From contig RFNO01000053.1 of assembly GCA_009927165.1 (NCBI GenBank), positions 16,143 to 80,142 on the forward strand: 64,000 nucleotides of DNA. The letters run 5' to 3'. The DNA is from Pseudomonadota bacterium. GTDB taxonomy: Bacteria; Bdellovibrionota; FAC87; UBA2466. Within the stretch, counting starts at the first letter, position 1. The number at the start of each line of letters is the position of its first letter. The translations under genes were made by a program, and so were the position numbers. Below the pieces are notes generated by a model. The model was not told where the DNA came from and made no database searches. It saw only the letters and a program-made list of their open reading frames with translations. Positions 1-10,250 of the stretch are shown here, in pieces.

Positions 1-1613
1 AAGTACCGCAACCCCTCAACGAGCCTGTTCTTTCTTATCGACCTGGCTCTGCTGAATCACTGGCTATCAAAAAAGAACTCGATCGCCAATTGGGTGAAAA
101 AGTTGATATTCCGGCCATCATCAATGGTAAAGAAATTCGAACGGGGAAGACTGAGAAATGTATTGTTCCCCATCAGCATAAACATAGTCTGGGACAATAC
201 CATCAAGTGGGTCCTGAGGAAGTAAGAGCTGCTATTAATGGTGCGCTCGCAGCTTGGAAAGACTGGTCGCAGATGTCTGCTCCTTCTCGCCAGGCCATTT
301 TTTTGAAAGCAGCTGAGCTTCTCACGCACAAATATCGATATGTTTTAAATGCTGCCACCATGTTGGGCCAGAGCAAAACTTGCTATCAAGCAGAAATCGA
401 CTCTGCTTGTGAATTTATTGATTTCTTAAGGTTCAATTCGTATTTTCAGGAACAGATTTATGGTATCCAGCCTCTATCTAGCGCTTCTGTTTGGAATCGC
501 ATGGAATATCGCCCGTTAGAGGGATTTGTTTTTTCGGTAACACCATTTAACTTTACTTCTATCGCTGGAAATTTACCTAGTTCTGCTGCTTTGATGGGCA
601 ATGTCTCTCTCTGGAAACCTGCTTCGACAGCAGTTTATTCTGGTTATTTCATCATGAAACTTCTTGAGGAGGCTGGCCTTCCTCCGGGCGTCATTCAATT
701 TATTCCGGGCAGTGGTTCTCTTGTGGGGGATCTTGTTCTGAAGGATAAAAATTTGGGCGGTATTCATTTCACTGGAAGTACGGGCGTCTTTCAAAATATG
801 TGGAAGCTAGTGGGTGAAAATATTCATCACTATCGAAGTTATCCCAGAATAGTAGGTGAAACTGGGGGAAAAGACTTCGTTTTTGCTCATGTGTCTTGTG
901 ATCGAAAAGCGCTTGTAACCGCTTTAGTAAGAGGAGCATTTGAGTATCAAGGTCAGAAATGTTCAGCAGCTTCTAGAGCATACATTCCTAAAAGTATCTG
1001 GCCACAAGTGCGGGAAGAACTAATCGCAGAACTGAAAACGGTGAAAATGGGGGACGTTTTAGATTTCAGAAATTTCATGTCTGCAGTCATCGATAAAAAG
1101 TCCTTTGATAATATCAGTCGGTACGTAGAGGGGGCTAAAAATAGTTCAGATTGCAAGATTGTCTCTGGGGGTAAAGGCAACGCTGAAGTTGGCTACTTTT
1201 ACGAGCCCACAGTCGTGGAAACAACTAATCCGCGTTATCAGACTCTTTGTGAGGAAATTTTTGGGCCCGTACTGACTGTCTATCCTTATGAGGATGACCA
1301 GTTTGAAGAAACCCTCAAGCTCTGTGATGAAACTTCTCCTTATGCATTAACGGGAGCTTTGTTTGCTCAAGACAGAGCCGTTATTGAAAGAGCGTCTCAA
1401 GTGCTTACTCATAGTGCCGGTAATTACTACATCAATAACAAACCTACGGGGGCAGTGGTTGGGCAGCAGCCCTTTGGGGGAGGCCGTGGTTCTGGGACAA
1501 ATGACAAAGCCGGAAGCATTTACAATCTTCTCAGGTGGGCATCTGTCAGAACCGTTTCGGAGACATTTAATCCACCAAGCGGTTATGGTTATCCGTTTAT
1601 GGAGGGAAAATAA
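1..1613 (+). CDS. 1-pyrroline-5-carboxylate dehydrogenase (aldehyde dehydrogenase family), 5'-partial; the reading frame is open to the window start (in-frame translation from nt 3 gives VPQPLNEPVLSYRPGSAESLAIKKELDRQLGEK...)
   Basis: N-terminal NEP...L.Y.PGS motif typical of RocA/PruA-type P5CDH. ALDH-family body with NPxxxxGxxxGGKD-like segment (VGETGGKDF) and catalytic-Cys region. Stop at 1611-1613. Confidence 0.75.
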   Translation, partial: VPQPLNEPVLSYRPGSAESLAIKKELDRQLGEKVDIPAIINGKEIRTGKTEKCIVPHQHKHSLGQYHQVGPEEVRAAINGALAAWKDWSQMSAPSRQAIFLKAAELLTHKYRYVLNAATMLGQSKTCYQAEIDSACEFIDFLRFNSYFQEQIYGIQPLSSASVWNRMEYRPLEGFVFSVTPFNFTSIAGNLPSSAALMGNVSLWKPASTAVYSGYFIMKLLEEAGLPPGVIQFIPGSGSLVGDLVLKDKNLGGIHFTGSTGVFQNMWKLVGENIHHYRSYPRIVGETGGKDFVFAHVSCDRKALVTALVRGAFEYQGQKCSAASRAYIPKSIWPQVREELIAELKTVKMGDVLDFRNFMSAVIDKKSFDNISRYVEGAKNSSDCKIVSGGKGNAEVGYFYEPTVVETTNPRYQTLCEEIFGPVLTVYPYEDDQFEETLKLCDETSPYALTGALFAQDRAVIERASQVLTHSAGNYYINNKPTGAVVGQQPFGGGRGSGTNDKAGSIYNLLRWASVRTVSETFNPPSGYGYPFMEGK

Positions 1614-1614
1614 A

Positions 1615-3372
1615 ATGAAGCGACTCGCCACTTTATCACTTATAATTTTGCTAGCAGGATGTTCCTCTGTGAATCGGCGGAATCTCGATAATGAGATTGC
1701 AGAGAAATCAATGGCTCCTTCTTGTCTGGCCATTAAAAATTTTTTTAAAACTGAGTTAAATGAATTTCAGGAGAGGATCGACAAAGCATCTGCCGATTAC
1801 CAAGAAGAGCAATGGAAAGTGGAGGCAAATGAAGGGGGGGCCTCACCAGAGAAAATGGGAACTCTCTTTGGTGTTTATCAGTCGGTCGCCTATGATAAGA
1901 CCGTCCTTCAAAAAACAATCGATCATTGGAAACAAGCAGAACAAATTGATGGGGCCGATTGTGTTTGGAAGAAGAAATTGGGCCGAGCTAAGCAGGTCCT
2001 TGAAACTAGTATTCTCACTCAGGAATCAGTCATAAAAAAAGAGAAAGAGAATCAGGAGAAACAAGATGCTCTTTCCAATCAGAGTAACGGATTTAGAATT
2101 CAAGTCCCTGGGGAAGCAGAGCCCATTTCAAAGGCGCTTCTTTCAAAAAGAATCGGGAGTACTCCCGACCGAACTGTCCGCGAAGCTCTCTTTAAACAAT
2201 TCAACTCAAGTCGAGCTAATGCTTGGTTAAAGTGGGGCTTTAAAGGACTTGTAAAGTCACGTAACGACGAAGCTAGACTGGCAGGTTTTAAAAATTATTA
2301 TGATTATAGATTTTTCAGAAATCAGCTCGACCTGAAAAATTACTTAGATAACGTTAAAGAAATTAAAACTAAGCTGGCACCCAAAGTACGAACGCTAATC
2401 AAAAGTATGGGTAGGCAATTTGGGATTTCCAAAGTGGAAGCTTGGGATCTTAGATATTTAAGAGAAAAGTCGGCCTCTGGAGAAGTGAACGATCTTCTCA
2501 AAGACTTCCCAGAAACCGAAGTTATGAAAATAGCAAAAGACTTCTACGCTAGCCTCGGAATTGATGTTGATTCCTATGGGTTTAAAATGGATTTATTTCC
2601 CCGTCCCGGAAAAAATACTCACGCATTCGCCATGGGCGTAGTGGCTCCCCATGCGAATGAGAAGGGAGAGGTGTTAGCTTCCCCTAGACCTGATATTCGG
2701 TTTTTAGCCAACTTAAAAAAGCCAGTTCAATGGGACGATATCAGCACCATTATTCATGAATTGGGACATGCTATTCACTTTGGGGAAATTCGCCAACCAG
2801 TAGCTATTTTCCGAGGATTCGGATCTGTAGAAACCGAAGCTATTGCAATGACGTTGGAACGAATGGCTGATTCTGCTGAGTTTTTAGAAGATATTTTGCC
2901 CAAATATACTTCAGTCCCGACGGATACCCTAAAGCCCATTCTAAATAAACAGGATCGTGCTACGCGCATTGAACAAGCGTTTGTGCTCTTGAGACAAGTG
3001 ATGTTTAGTGAGTTTGAAAGAGCGGTCTATTTGAATCCAGATCAGGATTTCTATCGTCTTTGGGCAAAGATATTCAAAGAGTACTGGGGCATCTCGATAC
3101 CGCCCCAACATTCTGATTGGGATGTTGATCACTTTGTGATGGCCCCTGTTTATGTTCAAAACTATGCGATTGGAATTCTTATGGTTCAGCAGTTTTATGA
3201 ATCAATCATTAAGGAATTCAATACTGCGTACCGCTCAAAAGCTATCGGAGATAAACTGAAATTGAAGTATTTTGGTCCGGGCATGGAGTTTGATTATTTA
3301 GACTTAACTTTGCATTTTACTGGGAAAGCGCTATCGGCTCAATCTGCGCTCAAACTGTTGGAGGGCTTGTGA
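1615..3372 (+). CDS. Putative zinc metallopeptidase lipoprotein (HEXXH...E gluzincin, M3-like)
   Basis: ATG at 1615 preceded by GGAGGGAAAA. Lipoprotein signal MKRLATLSLIILLAGCSS. HELGHAIHF zinc-binding motif with a downstream Glu (VETEAIA). Confidence 0.55.
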   Translation: MKRLATLSLIILLAGCSSVNRRNLDNEIAEKSMAPSCLAIKNFFKTELNEFQERIDKASADYQEEQWKVEANEGGASPEKMGTLFGVYQSVAYDKTVLQKTIDHWKQAEQIDGADCVWKKKLGRAKQVLETSILTQESVIKKEKENQEKQDALSNQSNGFRIQVPGEAEPISKALLSKRIGSTPDRTVREALFKQFNSSRANAWLKWGFKGLVKSRNDEARLAGFKNYYDYRFFRNQLDLKNYLDNVKEIKTKLAPKVRTLIKSMGRQFGISKVEAWDLRYLREKSASGEVNDLLKDFPETEVMKIAKDFYASLGIDVDSYGFKMDLFPRPGKNTHAFAMGVVAPHANEKGEVLASPRPDIRFLANLKKPVQWDDISTIIHELGHAIHFGEIRQPVAIFRGFGSVETEAIAMTLERMADSAEFLEDILPKYTSVPTDTLKPILNKQDRATRIEQAFVLLRQVMFSEFERAVYLNPDQDFYRLWAKIFKEYWGISIPPQHSDWDVDHFVMAPVYVQNYAIGILMVQQFYESIIKEFNTAYRSKAIGDKLKLKYFGPGMEFDYLDLTLHFTGKALSAQSALKLLEGL

Positions 3373-3953
3373 GCGAGGGGTACGTTAAGCAATCATTATT
3401 AGAAGCTCAGAGTCTTCTTTCCGCTTTTTTGGAAAGTAACGAACTCCTTAAAAAGGCCGATCAATTGGTTCTGGAATTAGTGGAGCTCTATCGTAGGGGA
3501 GGGAACTTATTTATTTGTGGAAATGGAGGTTCTCATTGCGATGCTATGCATTTTGCCGAAGAGTTCACTGGTCGATTCCGAAAAGATCGCCGACCCCTGG
3601 GAGCATTAGCCTTAGGTGATCCGTCTCATGTTACTTGTGTATCAAATGACATGGGTTTTGATCAGGTGTTTTCAAGGCAGCTTGAAGGGTTGGGCAGAAA
3701 AGGAGACCTGCTTGTCGCTTTAACCACGAGTGGAAATTCTCGTAATATCGCTTTGGCGATTGAAAAGGCAAAACAGAAAGAAATCCGCACTGTAGTTCTT
3801 TCTGGCAAGGACGGAGGGAAAATGAAGGGTTTGGCCAATTTGGAGTTGATTATTCCTGGAAAAACCTCTGACCGAATTCAAGAAATGCACATCAAGCTGA
3901 TTCATTCCGCCATTGAGGCCGTTGAAAGACAGTTGTTTCCGGAGAATTACTAA
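3369..3953 (+). CDS. gmhA: SIS-domain phosphoheptose isomerase (GmhA/DiaA family)
   Basis: GNGGSHCDAMHFAEEFTGRF and TTSGNSRNI motifs. About 194 aa. GTG start overlapping the upstream stop. Confidence 0.7.
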   Translation: MSEGYVKQSLLEAQSLLSAFLESNELLKKADQLVLELVELYRRGGNLFICGNGGSHCDAMHFAEEFTGRFRKDRRPLGALALGDPSHVTCVSNDMGFDQVFSRQLEGLGRKGDLLVALTTSGNSRNIALAIEKAKQKEIRTVVLSGKDGGKMKGLANLELIIPGKTSDRIQEMHIKLIHSAIEAVERQLFPENY

Positions 3954-3957
3954 GAGC

Positions 3958-4962
3958 TTATTCTGTTAATAAATTAAAGTCAGGGTAGTGCTGAGCCACA
4001 TATTTTTTGAGTTTTTCTTTAACTTGTTCTTCAAGTTGTCGTGCCCGTTCTTTAGATACTTTGTATTTATTTCCGATTTCTTGAAGTGTGAGTGGATTTT
4101 CTGAAATAAGTCGATTTTGAAAAATAATTTTTTCTCGTCCTTCGAGTGTTTGCCCAAATTGGTTCAGGATAGTTTTGAAAAGCTCAGCCTGCTCTTCGTC
4201 ACCCAACCGTTGGTCTACTGGGGCTCCAGGATCTGCAATGTTTTGGATGTGTTCCTTCCTCTCATCATCCCCAACTTGCGCGTTCAAGGAAATATCCGGT
4301 CCCGATAATCGTTGTGACATTTCCTCCACTTCTTTTTCTTTTACGTCTAATTTGCTTGCCAGTAGTTTTACGTTTTGGCCTGGTGCCATCCCCATGTCCT
4401 CTAGTTTTTTCTGTTCTTTTTTCAGTTGATAAAACAGCTTTTTTTGGGCTTGAGTAGTCCCCATTTTTACCAGAGAAAAATTTTTGAGAATTGCTTCTTG
4501 AATGTAGCTTCTAATCCACCAAACTGCATAAGTGGTAAGACGCACTTCTTTAAAGGGATTGAAATCTTGAACTGCCCTGATGAGACCAGTGTTTCCTTCT
4601 TGAATCAAGTCCATTAAGCGAATGCGATAATGGTGGTATTCATAAGCAATTTTCACGACAAATCTCAGGTTGGAAGTAACCAACTTTTGTAACGTTTCTC
4701 GATCTCGAGTTTGATAGTATTTCATGGCCAATTCGTGCTCTTCCTCTTTAGTAAGGAGGGGATACCTGGAAATCTCTCTGAAATAAGTGGCTAGGAGTGG
4801 GTCAGAGGGAGCAATGGAAGTGGACCCTTTAGGTTTTTTAACGGCAAGAGCTCCCGTACTTTTCTTGCTTTTTGGAACAAGCGTCTTGTTCCCACTATTT
4901 TTGGGTGGTTTTCCCGATTCCATTTGTCTGATACTGATATCAAAGGTGTCACAGGGTGGCAA
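3958..4962 (-). CDS. rpoH: RNA polymerase sigma-32 (RpoH-like sigma-70 family factor) with a basic N-terminal extension; alternative start at Met14 (~4923)
   Basis: Regions 2-4 of the sigma-70 family. RpoH-box-like QAQKKLFYQLKK. LLTKEEEHELA region 2. Confidence 0.7.
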   Translation of the reverse strand: MPPCDTFDISIRQMESGKPPKNSGNKTLVPKSKKSTGALAVKKPKGSTSIAPSDPLLATYFREISRYPLLTKEEEHELAMKYYQTRDRETLQKLVTSNLRFVVKIAYEYHHYRIRLMDLIQEGNTGLIRAVQDFNPFKEVRLTTYAVWWIRSYIQEAILKNFSLVKMGTTQAQKKLFYQLKKEQKKLEDMGMAPGQNVKLLASKLDVKEKEVEEMSQRLSGPDISLNAQVGDDERKEHIQNIADPGAPVDQRLGDEEQAELFKTILNQFGQTLEGREKIIFQNRLISENPLTLQEIGNKYKVSKERARQLEEQVKEKLKKYVAQHYPDFNLLTE

Positions 4963-5018
4963 AAGTTTAACCGAATTTTAATGGCGGATTGGGTTGTCTA
5001 GTCTAAAATGGGGCATCC

Positions 5019-5663
5019 ATGGAACGGCTTTTTGAGTTTTTAACCGATTTGTCTGGCGGCGTTGCCTACCTATTAATTTTTGGAATTCTCGTGGCTTGTG
5101 GTCTGGGTTTTCCATTGCCCGAAGATATTCCCTTGATTGCAACGGGTTATCTGATTTGGGATAAAACGTTGACCTGGTTCGGTGGACTCTCAGTGACGCT
5201 GTTGGGGGTACTGATTGGGGATTCTATTTTGTTTTTTATTGGTCAAAGCCTGGGTCTCAAGATTCTGAATAAAAAAACGAGTACTATTTTCTCCCCGAAA
5301 AGGGTTAAAAGGGCTCGAGCTTACTTCAGAAAATACGGCTCTAAAGTAGTCTTTTTTGCTCGTTTTGTAGCGGGGTTGCGAGCTGTCGTGTTTTTTATGG
5401 CGGGTGCCATGCACATGAAGTATCGAAGTTTTGTTTTATTGGATTTTTTAGCTGCGCTTCTGAGTGTTCCGCTCTGGATCGCCGGTGGGTTCTATTTGGG
5501 GAGATTCTTTGGAGATGAGATTTCCGACCTTCTTTTAAAGTTGAAGGAGATTAAGCTAGTTGTGACTTCAGTAATTTTTGTTTTGGTAGTGGTGGTTATC
5601 GTGAGAAGTCTTCTTCAATATCGAAATACCAAGCGCAAAGCGAGCCGAAAGCTTTCAACATAA
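5019..5663 (+). CDS. DedA/SNARE-associated family membrane protein
   Basis: Multiple TM helices and the DedA signature around GYLIW...KYGSKVVFFARFVAGLRA. Confidence 0.6.
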   Translation: MERLFEFLTDLSGGVAYLLIFGILVACGLGFPLPEDIPLIATGYLIWDKTLTWFGGLSVTLLGVLIGDSILFFIGQSLGLKILNKKTSTIFSPKRVKRARAYFRKYGSKVVFFARFVAGLRAVVFFMAGAMHMKYRSFVLLDFLAALLSVPLWIAGGFYLGRFFGDEISDLLLKLKEIKLVVTSVIFVLVVVVIVRSLLQYRNTKRKASRKLST

Positions 5664-5685
5664 ATCTGCTTTTCCCAAAAGCAGA

Positions 5686-6372
5686 TTAGCGCCACATGTC
5701 TTTATCAAAATTTTTTCTATTTTTAGCAATTTTGATTTTTGTTCTCAGTTCTCCAAAAAGAAAGGGGCCGAAAAATAGCAAATAAGGGAATAGAGCAAAT
5801 AATAAAAACAGCTTGTACTGATTTCCACCTTTTAGAAATTCAAAGATTAAAACTGCTCCTGATAGAAGGGTAAGCCATTTTGCTTTGACCGGAAGAATGA
5901 AAAAAAGGAGCAACTCAAAATTGGGGAAAAGAGTTCCAAAAACTAAGCTCACATTGAGCAAAACATAATGCCAAAGATTAGTCTGATAGCCTAAAACCAA
6001 AGCTCCGATCATGACACTTAAATAGCTGAGTCCGACAAATAAGGTCAGCGGCGCAGAACCCCATTGCGCTTCAATCGACTGAAAAACAAAGTATGTATAG
6101 AGAACGAAAAAGAAGAAAAATAGAGGATTTGATGGAGTAGATGAGGGATCTGACATTGGAAAAGCAAATAATCGCCACCATTCGCCCTGCTCTCGAATAG
6201 CAACCGGGTCAAACGAAAAACTTTCTACTGCGCTAAAACCACTCGCTTGCGCGAAATATGCCATGATGCCCAGACCACAAACTACCATTCCTAAGTTGGG
6301 CAAATCCACGAAACTCAGTTTGCGCACGCAAGTTCGCAACCATTGGGGAAAACGATGATCCATAAGTAACAC
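5686..6372 (-). CDS. Polytopic membrane protein, rhomboid-like (WWRLF and GLSY motifs; catalytic His not evident)
   Basis: At least 5 hydrophobic helices. EWWRLFAFPM resembles the rhomboid TM2 motif and GLSYLS resembles GxSG. No clear His partner. Confidence 0.3.
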   Translation of the reverse strand: MLLMDHRFPQWLRTCVRKLSFVDLPNLGMVVCGLGIMAYFAQASGFSAVESFSFDPVAIREQGEWWRLFAFPMSDPSSTPSNPLFFFFFVLYTYFVFQSIEAQWGSAPLTLFVGLSYLSVMIGALVLGYQTNLWHYVLLNVSLVFGTLFPNFELLLFFILPVKAKWLTLLSGAVLIFEFLKGGNQYKLFLLFALFPYLLFFGPFLFGELRTKIKIAKNRKNFDKDMWR

Positions 6373-6381
6373 TATAACTGT

Positions 6382-6960
6382 TTAACGTGATTCTTGACAG
6401 AGGCTTAAAAAATACTGGTGCAGTTTGTTGCTTTCACTTAATTCTGGATGAAAAGTGGAGGCCAAAGTGATGCCTTCTCTCACCATGACCGAATCGCCGT
6501 GATGGGTAAAAAGAGTTTTTACTGAAGGGCCCAATCGAGAAATTTTAGGGGCACGAATAAAGATGCCTTCGAGACTTTCTTGATCCACCCAATTAGGAGA
6601 GGGATTTAAATTCGAGATAAAACTCTCAGTTTGACGACCATAGGCATTTCTTACCACTGTGATATCAATAACCCCCAAAGACTCTTGAGCCGGGGAAATA
6701 ACCTCTTTAGCAAGTAAAATGGTTCCAGCACATAAACCCCAAGAGGGTTTTTGGTGGACGAATTCCGACACAGATTCCCAGAGTCCATTCAGCTTCAACA
6801 GGTGGATCATGCTAGAGCTTTCGCCGCCTGGAAGAACTAGCCCGGCAAGATTCACTAAGTCTTTAGGTGTTTTTACTTGAACAGATTCAACTCCCAAGTT
6901 CTCAAACTTAACTCGGTGGGGTTCTACAGCGCCTTGAACCGCTAAAATGCCAATTCGCAC
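6382..6960 (-). CDS. pdxT: Pyridoxal 5'-phosphate synthase glutaminase subunit PdxT; start taken at GTG 6960 (the longest ORF extends to 7014 and would overlap pdxS by 53 nt)
   Basis: Class I GATase; VRIGILAVQGAV matches the PdxT N-terminus. Directly downstream of pdxS. Confidence 0.8.
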   Translation of the reverse strand: MRIGILAVQGAVEPHRVKFENLGVESVQVKTPKDLVNLAGLVLPGGESSSMIHLLKLNGLWESVSEFVHQKPSWGLCAGTILLAKEVISPAQESLGVIDITVVRNAYGRQTESFISNLNPSPNWVDQESLEGIFIRAPKISRLGPSVKTLFTHHGDSVMVREGITLASTFHPELSESNKLHQYFLSLCQESR

Positions 6961-6961
6961 G

Positions 6962-7840
6962 CTACCAACCTCGTTCGGATAAACGTTCTTCCTCTTTGAG
7001 AGTATGGATATCAAGGCCCTTCATTGCTGTTCCAAGACCCTGTGAACATTTGGCTAAAATTTTTGCGTCCTGGTAGTGAGTAGTGGCTTCTACAATAGAA
7101 TGAGCGAGTCTTTCCGGATCTTCTGACTTAAAAATTCCCGAGCCTACAAAAACAGATTCAGCTCCCAGCCACATGCACAGGGCAGCATCCGCTGGAGTGG
7201 CAACACCCCCTGCTGCAAAATTGGGAACAGGAAGTTTTCCGTTTTTGGAAACCCAATCCACTAAGGGAAGGGGGGCTCCTAGTTCTTTAGCCTCATTGAC
7301 TAATTCTTCGCGTCCGAGAGTGGTGAGTCGTCGAATTTGGGTTCTTAAGGTCCGCAAATGTCTAACAGCCTCTACGATGTTGCCAGATCCTGCTTCTCCT
7401 TTAGTACGAATCATGGCAGCCCCTTCTCCAATTCTACGGAGTGCTTCGCCAAGATTTCTTGCTCCGCAGACAAAGGGCACTTTGAATTGAAATTTGTCGA
7501 TATGGTACTGTTCGTCGGCAGGTGTTAGGACTTCGCTTTCGTCAACGTAATCTACTCTGAGTGACTCTAAAATCATTGCTTCCACAAAGTGTCCGATTCT
7601 GGCTTTTGCCATGACGGGGATGGAAACAACCCCCATAATTTCCTGAACCTTATCTACGGGGGACATTCGGGCTACTCCGCCTTCCTTTCGAATGTCTGCT
7701 GGAATTCTCTCAAGAGCCATTACGGCAACGGCACCCGCTTTTTCGGCAATTTTAGCTTGTTCGGCGTTCACCACGTCCATGATGACCCCACCTTTAAGCA
7801 TTTCTGCTAACCCGGTCTTGAGTTTCATTTCAGGTAACAT
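6962..7840 (-). CDS. pdxS: Pyridoxal 5'-phosphate synthase lyase subunit PdxS
   Basis: [18 protein letters not shown]..., conserved PdxS/SNZ TIM-barrel sequence. Confidence 0.9.
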   Translation of the reverse strand: MLPEMKLKTGLAEMLKGGVIMDVVNAEQAKIAEKAGAVAVMALERIPADIRKEGGVARMSPVDKVQEIMGVVSIPVMAKARIGHFVEAMILESLRVDYVDESEVLTPADEQYHIDKFQFKVPFVCGARNLGEALRRIGEGAAMIRTKGEAGSGNIVEAVRHLRTLRTQIRRLTTLGREELVNEAKELGAPLPLVDWVSKNGKLPVPNFAAGGVATPADAALCMWLGAESVFVGSGIFKSEDPERLAHSIVEATTHYQDAKILAKCSQGLGTAMKGLDIHTLKEEERLSERGW

Positions 7841-7965
7841 AGGAAGTACTCCTTAAGACTTGTATCTGAAGAATAACGCACTTGGACTAATAGTGCAATA
7901 ACCCGTATTTAACTCTATTTCTATCTTTCCATTCCGATGAAATTCGCCTAAATTCAGTTACTCAA

Positions 7966-8940
7966 ATGGCTAACCCAATTGCCCCACGGGCAAATGCTCT
8001 TGAACTTAAATCGCTTCTCGGGACTGAACTTTTAAAAATTCAACAAATTCAAATGCTTATATCGACTGCCTTTTCTTTTCGGCAGCGAGCTGACGGAGGG
8101 AAACCCATTCCGCCCACTCTGTCAGGAAAGTCGGCGATTCTGCTGTTTTTTGAGGCCAGTACCCGAACCCGAAGTTCCTTTGAGATGGCAGTTCAACGAT
8201 TAGGGGGAAATGCGATTGTTCTGACCCAACAAGGCAGTTCGGCTGAGAAAGGAGAAACCTTGTTGGATACAGCTCGGACCATCCAAGCAATGAATCCAGA
8301 TATTCTGGTGCTCCGACATCCTTCCGCAGGGTCACCCTATCTTCTTGATCGGGAGTTGAAGTTGCCCATTATTAACGCGGGTGATGGTTTTCATGAACAT
8401 CCTACTCAAGCGCTTTTAGATCTCATGACTATTTTTGAAATGAGAAAGAAAATTGAAGGAACTCGAGTTCTCATCGTTGGGGACATTGCTCACAGTCGAG
8501 TAGCGCGTTCAAATATTTATGCTTTAAAAACGATGGGGGCCGAAGTTTCTGTTTGTGGTCCTCCCACTTTGCTTCCTCCCAAAATTGAAAAAATGGGAGT
8601 TCAGGTTTTTCAGGATCTGGAGAAAGCCGTTCTGAATCAGGATGTCATCATGATGCTGCGAATTCAGTTCGAACGATTGAACTCGGGACAAAGTCCTTCG
8701 CGGGGGGAGTACGCTCGTTTTTATGGGATGAATCGAAAGCTTCTAAAACTTTGCAAACCCAACGTTTTGATCATGCATCCGGGACCTATTAATCGGGGAG
8801 TAGAACTTGCCACTGAAGTGGCGGACGGAGCTCAGTCAGTGATTTTGAATCAAGTTTCCAATGGGGTATTGCTCCGAATGGCGGCTCTGCATTTGCTTCT
8901 TGGGGGAGAACCTTTTTCTTGGAGCGAAGAAATTAAATGA
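7966..8940 (+). CDS. pyrB: Aspartate carbamoyltransferase catalytic subunit
   Basis: STRTR carbamoyl-phosphate-binding motif, HPTQAL, HPGP. Confidence 0.9.
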   Translation: MANPIAPRANALELKSLLGTELLKIQQIQMLISTAFSFRQRADGGKPIPPTLSGKSAILLFFEASTRTRSSFEMAVQRLGGNAIVLTQQGSSAEKGETLLDTARTIQAMNPDILVLRHPSAGSPYLLDRELKLPIINAGDGFHEHPTQALLDLMTIFEMRKKIEGTRVLIVGDIAHSRVARSNIYALKTMGAEVSVCGPPTLLPPKIEKMGVQVFQDLEKAVLNQDVIMMLRIQFERLNSGQSPSRGEYARFYGMNRKLLKLCKPNVLIMHPGPINRGVELATEVADGAQSVILNQVSNGVLLRMAALHLLLGGEPFSWSEEIK

Positions 8941-10250
8941 GTATTTCTCAATGCCTGCTTATTAAAAATGGACGAGTTATTGATCCCAGTCAGAATTTGG
9001 ACGCGATCACCGATATTTTAGTCCGTGATGGGAAAATTGTAGCTATCGGAAAAGCTATCCCTGTACGTCCGGATGAGCCATTGGAATCTCTGGATGTTTC
9101 TGGATTAGTAGTGACCCCAGGTTGGATTGATATTCATACGCATCTTCGAGAGCCTGGCGGAACTCATAAAGAAACTATCGAAACAGGAACTCGTTCCGCT
9201 GCTGCTGGAGGGTTCACGAGTATTGCTTGCATGGCCAACACTCAACCCGTTAATGACAGCTCCTATATTACAACCTACATCCGTCAAAAAGTGTCATCCG
9301 ATTCCCCAGTAAACGTTTTTCCTATTGGCGCAGTCACTAAAGGTCTGAAGGGTGAGGAACTTGCTGAAATCGGTTCTATGCGCGAAGCAGGAATCGTAGC
9401 CATCTCCGACGATGGCAAAACCGTCATGAATGCTTATTTGTTCCGAAAGGCTCTCGATTATTCCCGGCGATTTGATTTGGTAGTCATTAGCCATGCTGAA
9501 GACCTCAATTTAAAAGGAAGAGGAGTCATGAATGAGGGCTTCAATTCTGCTCGATTTGGTTTGAGAGGAATTCCGAAAGCCGCTGAGGAAGTGATTGTCG
9601 CCCGAGATATCTACTTAGCCGAATTGACTGGGGCTCGTCTTCACATTGCTCATGCTAGTACGGCAGGAAGCGTAGCGTTGATTCGTGAAGCCAAGCGCCG
9701 TGGAATTCAAGTTACGGCGGAAGTCACCCCGCACCACCTGACTTTGACGGACGAGGCAGTGGGCCCCTATGATACCAATACGAAAGTCGCACCTCCGTTG
9801 AGAGAAAAAGAGGATATTGAAGCATTACAAGAGGCAGTGGCGGATGGAACAATCGATGCTTTGGCGTCTGACCATGCTCCCCACGCTCGGGAAGAGAAAG
9901 AAGTGGAATACGATCACGCAGAATTTGGTATGGTGGGATTAGAGACAGCTTTTCCTCTCTATTACTCCAAGGTTCTTAAAAACCATTGGGATTTGTCTCA
10001 GTTGGTTTCTGCTATGACTTGGAAGCCAGCACAGATTATCGGTGTGAAAAAAGGAACACTCCAAGTAGGAGCTGATGCTGATATTTCAATTTTTGATCCC
10101 AAGCATGAATGGACTATTGATCGCCAAGCATTTTTGTCAAAGAGCCAGAACTCACCTTTTCATGGCTGGAGTATGACGGGGAAACCCGCTTTTACAATTG
10201 TAGCTGGAAAAGTGATCTATCGTTCGGCCCATTTGAAAGGGAAGAGCTGA
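8937..10250 (+). CDS. pyrC: Dihydroorotase
   Basis: DIHTHLREPG metal-binding motif, DHAPH. 4-nt overlap with pyrB. Confidence 0.85.
   Translation: MSISQCLLIKNGRVIDPSQNLDAITDILVRDGKIVAIGKAIPVRPDEPLESLDVSGLVVTPGWIDIHTHLREPGGTHKETIETGTRSAAAGGFTSIACMANTQPVNDSSYITTYIRQKVSSDSPVNVFPIGAVTKGLKGEELAEIGSMREAGIVAISDDGKTVMNAYLFRKALDYSRRFDLVVISHAEDLNLKGRGVMNEGFNSARFGLRGIPKAAEEVIVARDIYLAELTGARLHIAHASTAGSVALIREAKRRGIQVTAEVTPHHLTLTDEAVGPYDTNTKVAPPLREKEDIEALQEAVADGTIDALASDHAPHAREEKEVEYDHAEFGMVGLETAFPLYYSKVLKNHWDLSQLVSAMTWKPAQIIGVKKGTLQVGADADISIFDPKHEWTIDRQAFLSKSQNSPFHGWSMTGKPAFTIVAGKVIYRSAHLKGKS

Noticed and set aside
57-794. Small antisense ORFs (57-329, 573-794 and many similar 60-150 aa ORFs on the opposite strand of large conserved genes throughout the window)
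   Set aside because: They are fully embedded in well-supported CDSs on the other strand, with no RBS or conservation signal. These are typical spurious ORFs.
7841-7965. Possible PyrR-type attenuator in the pdxS/pyrB divergent region
   Set aside because: I could not identify the conserved PyrR binding loop, or an anti-terminator/terminator pair, by eye.
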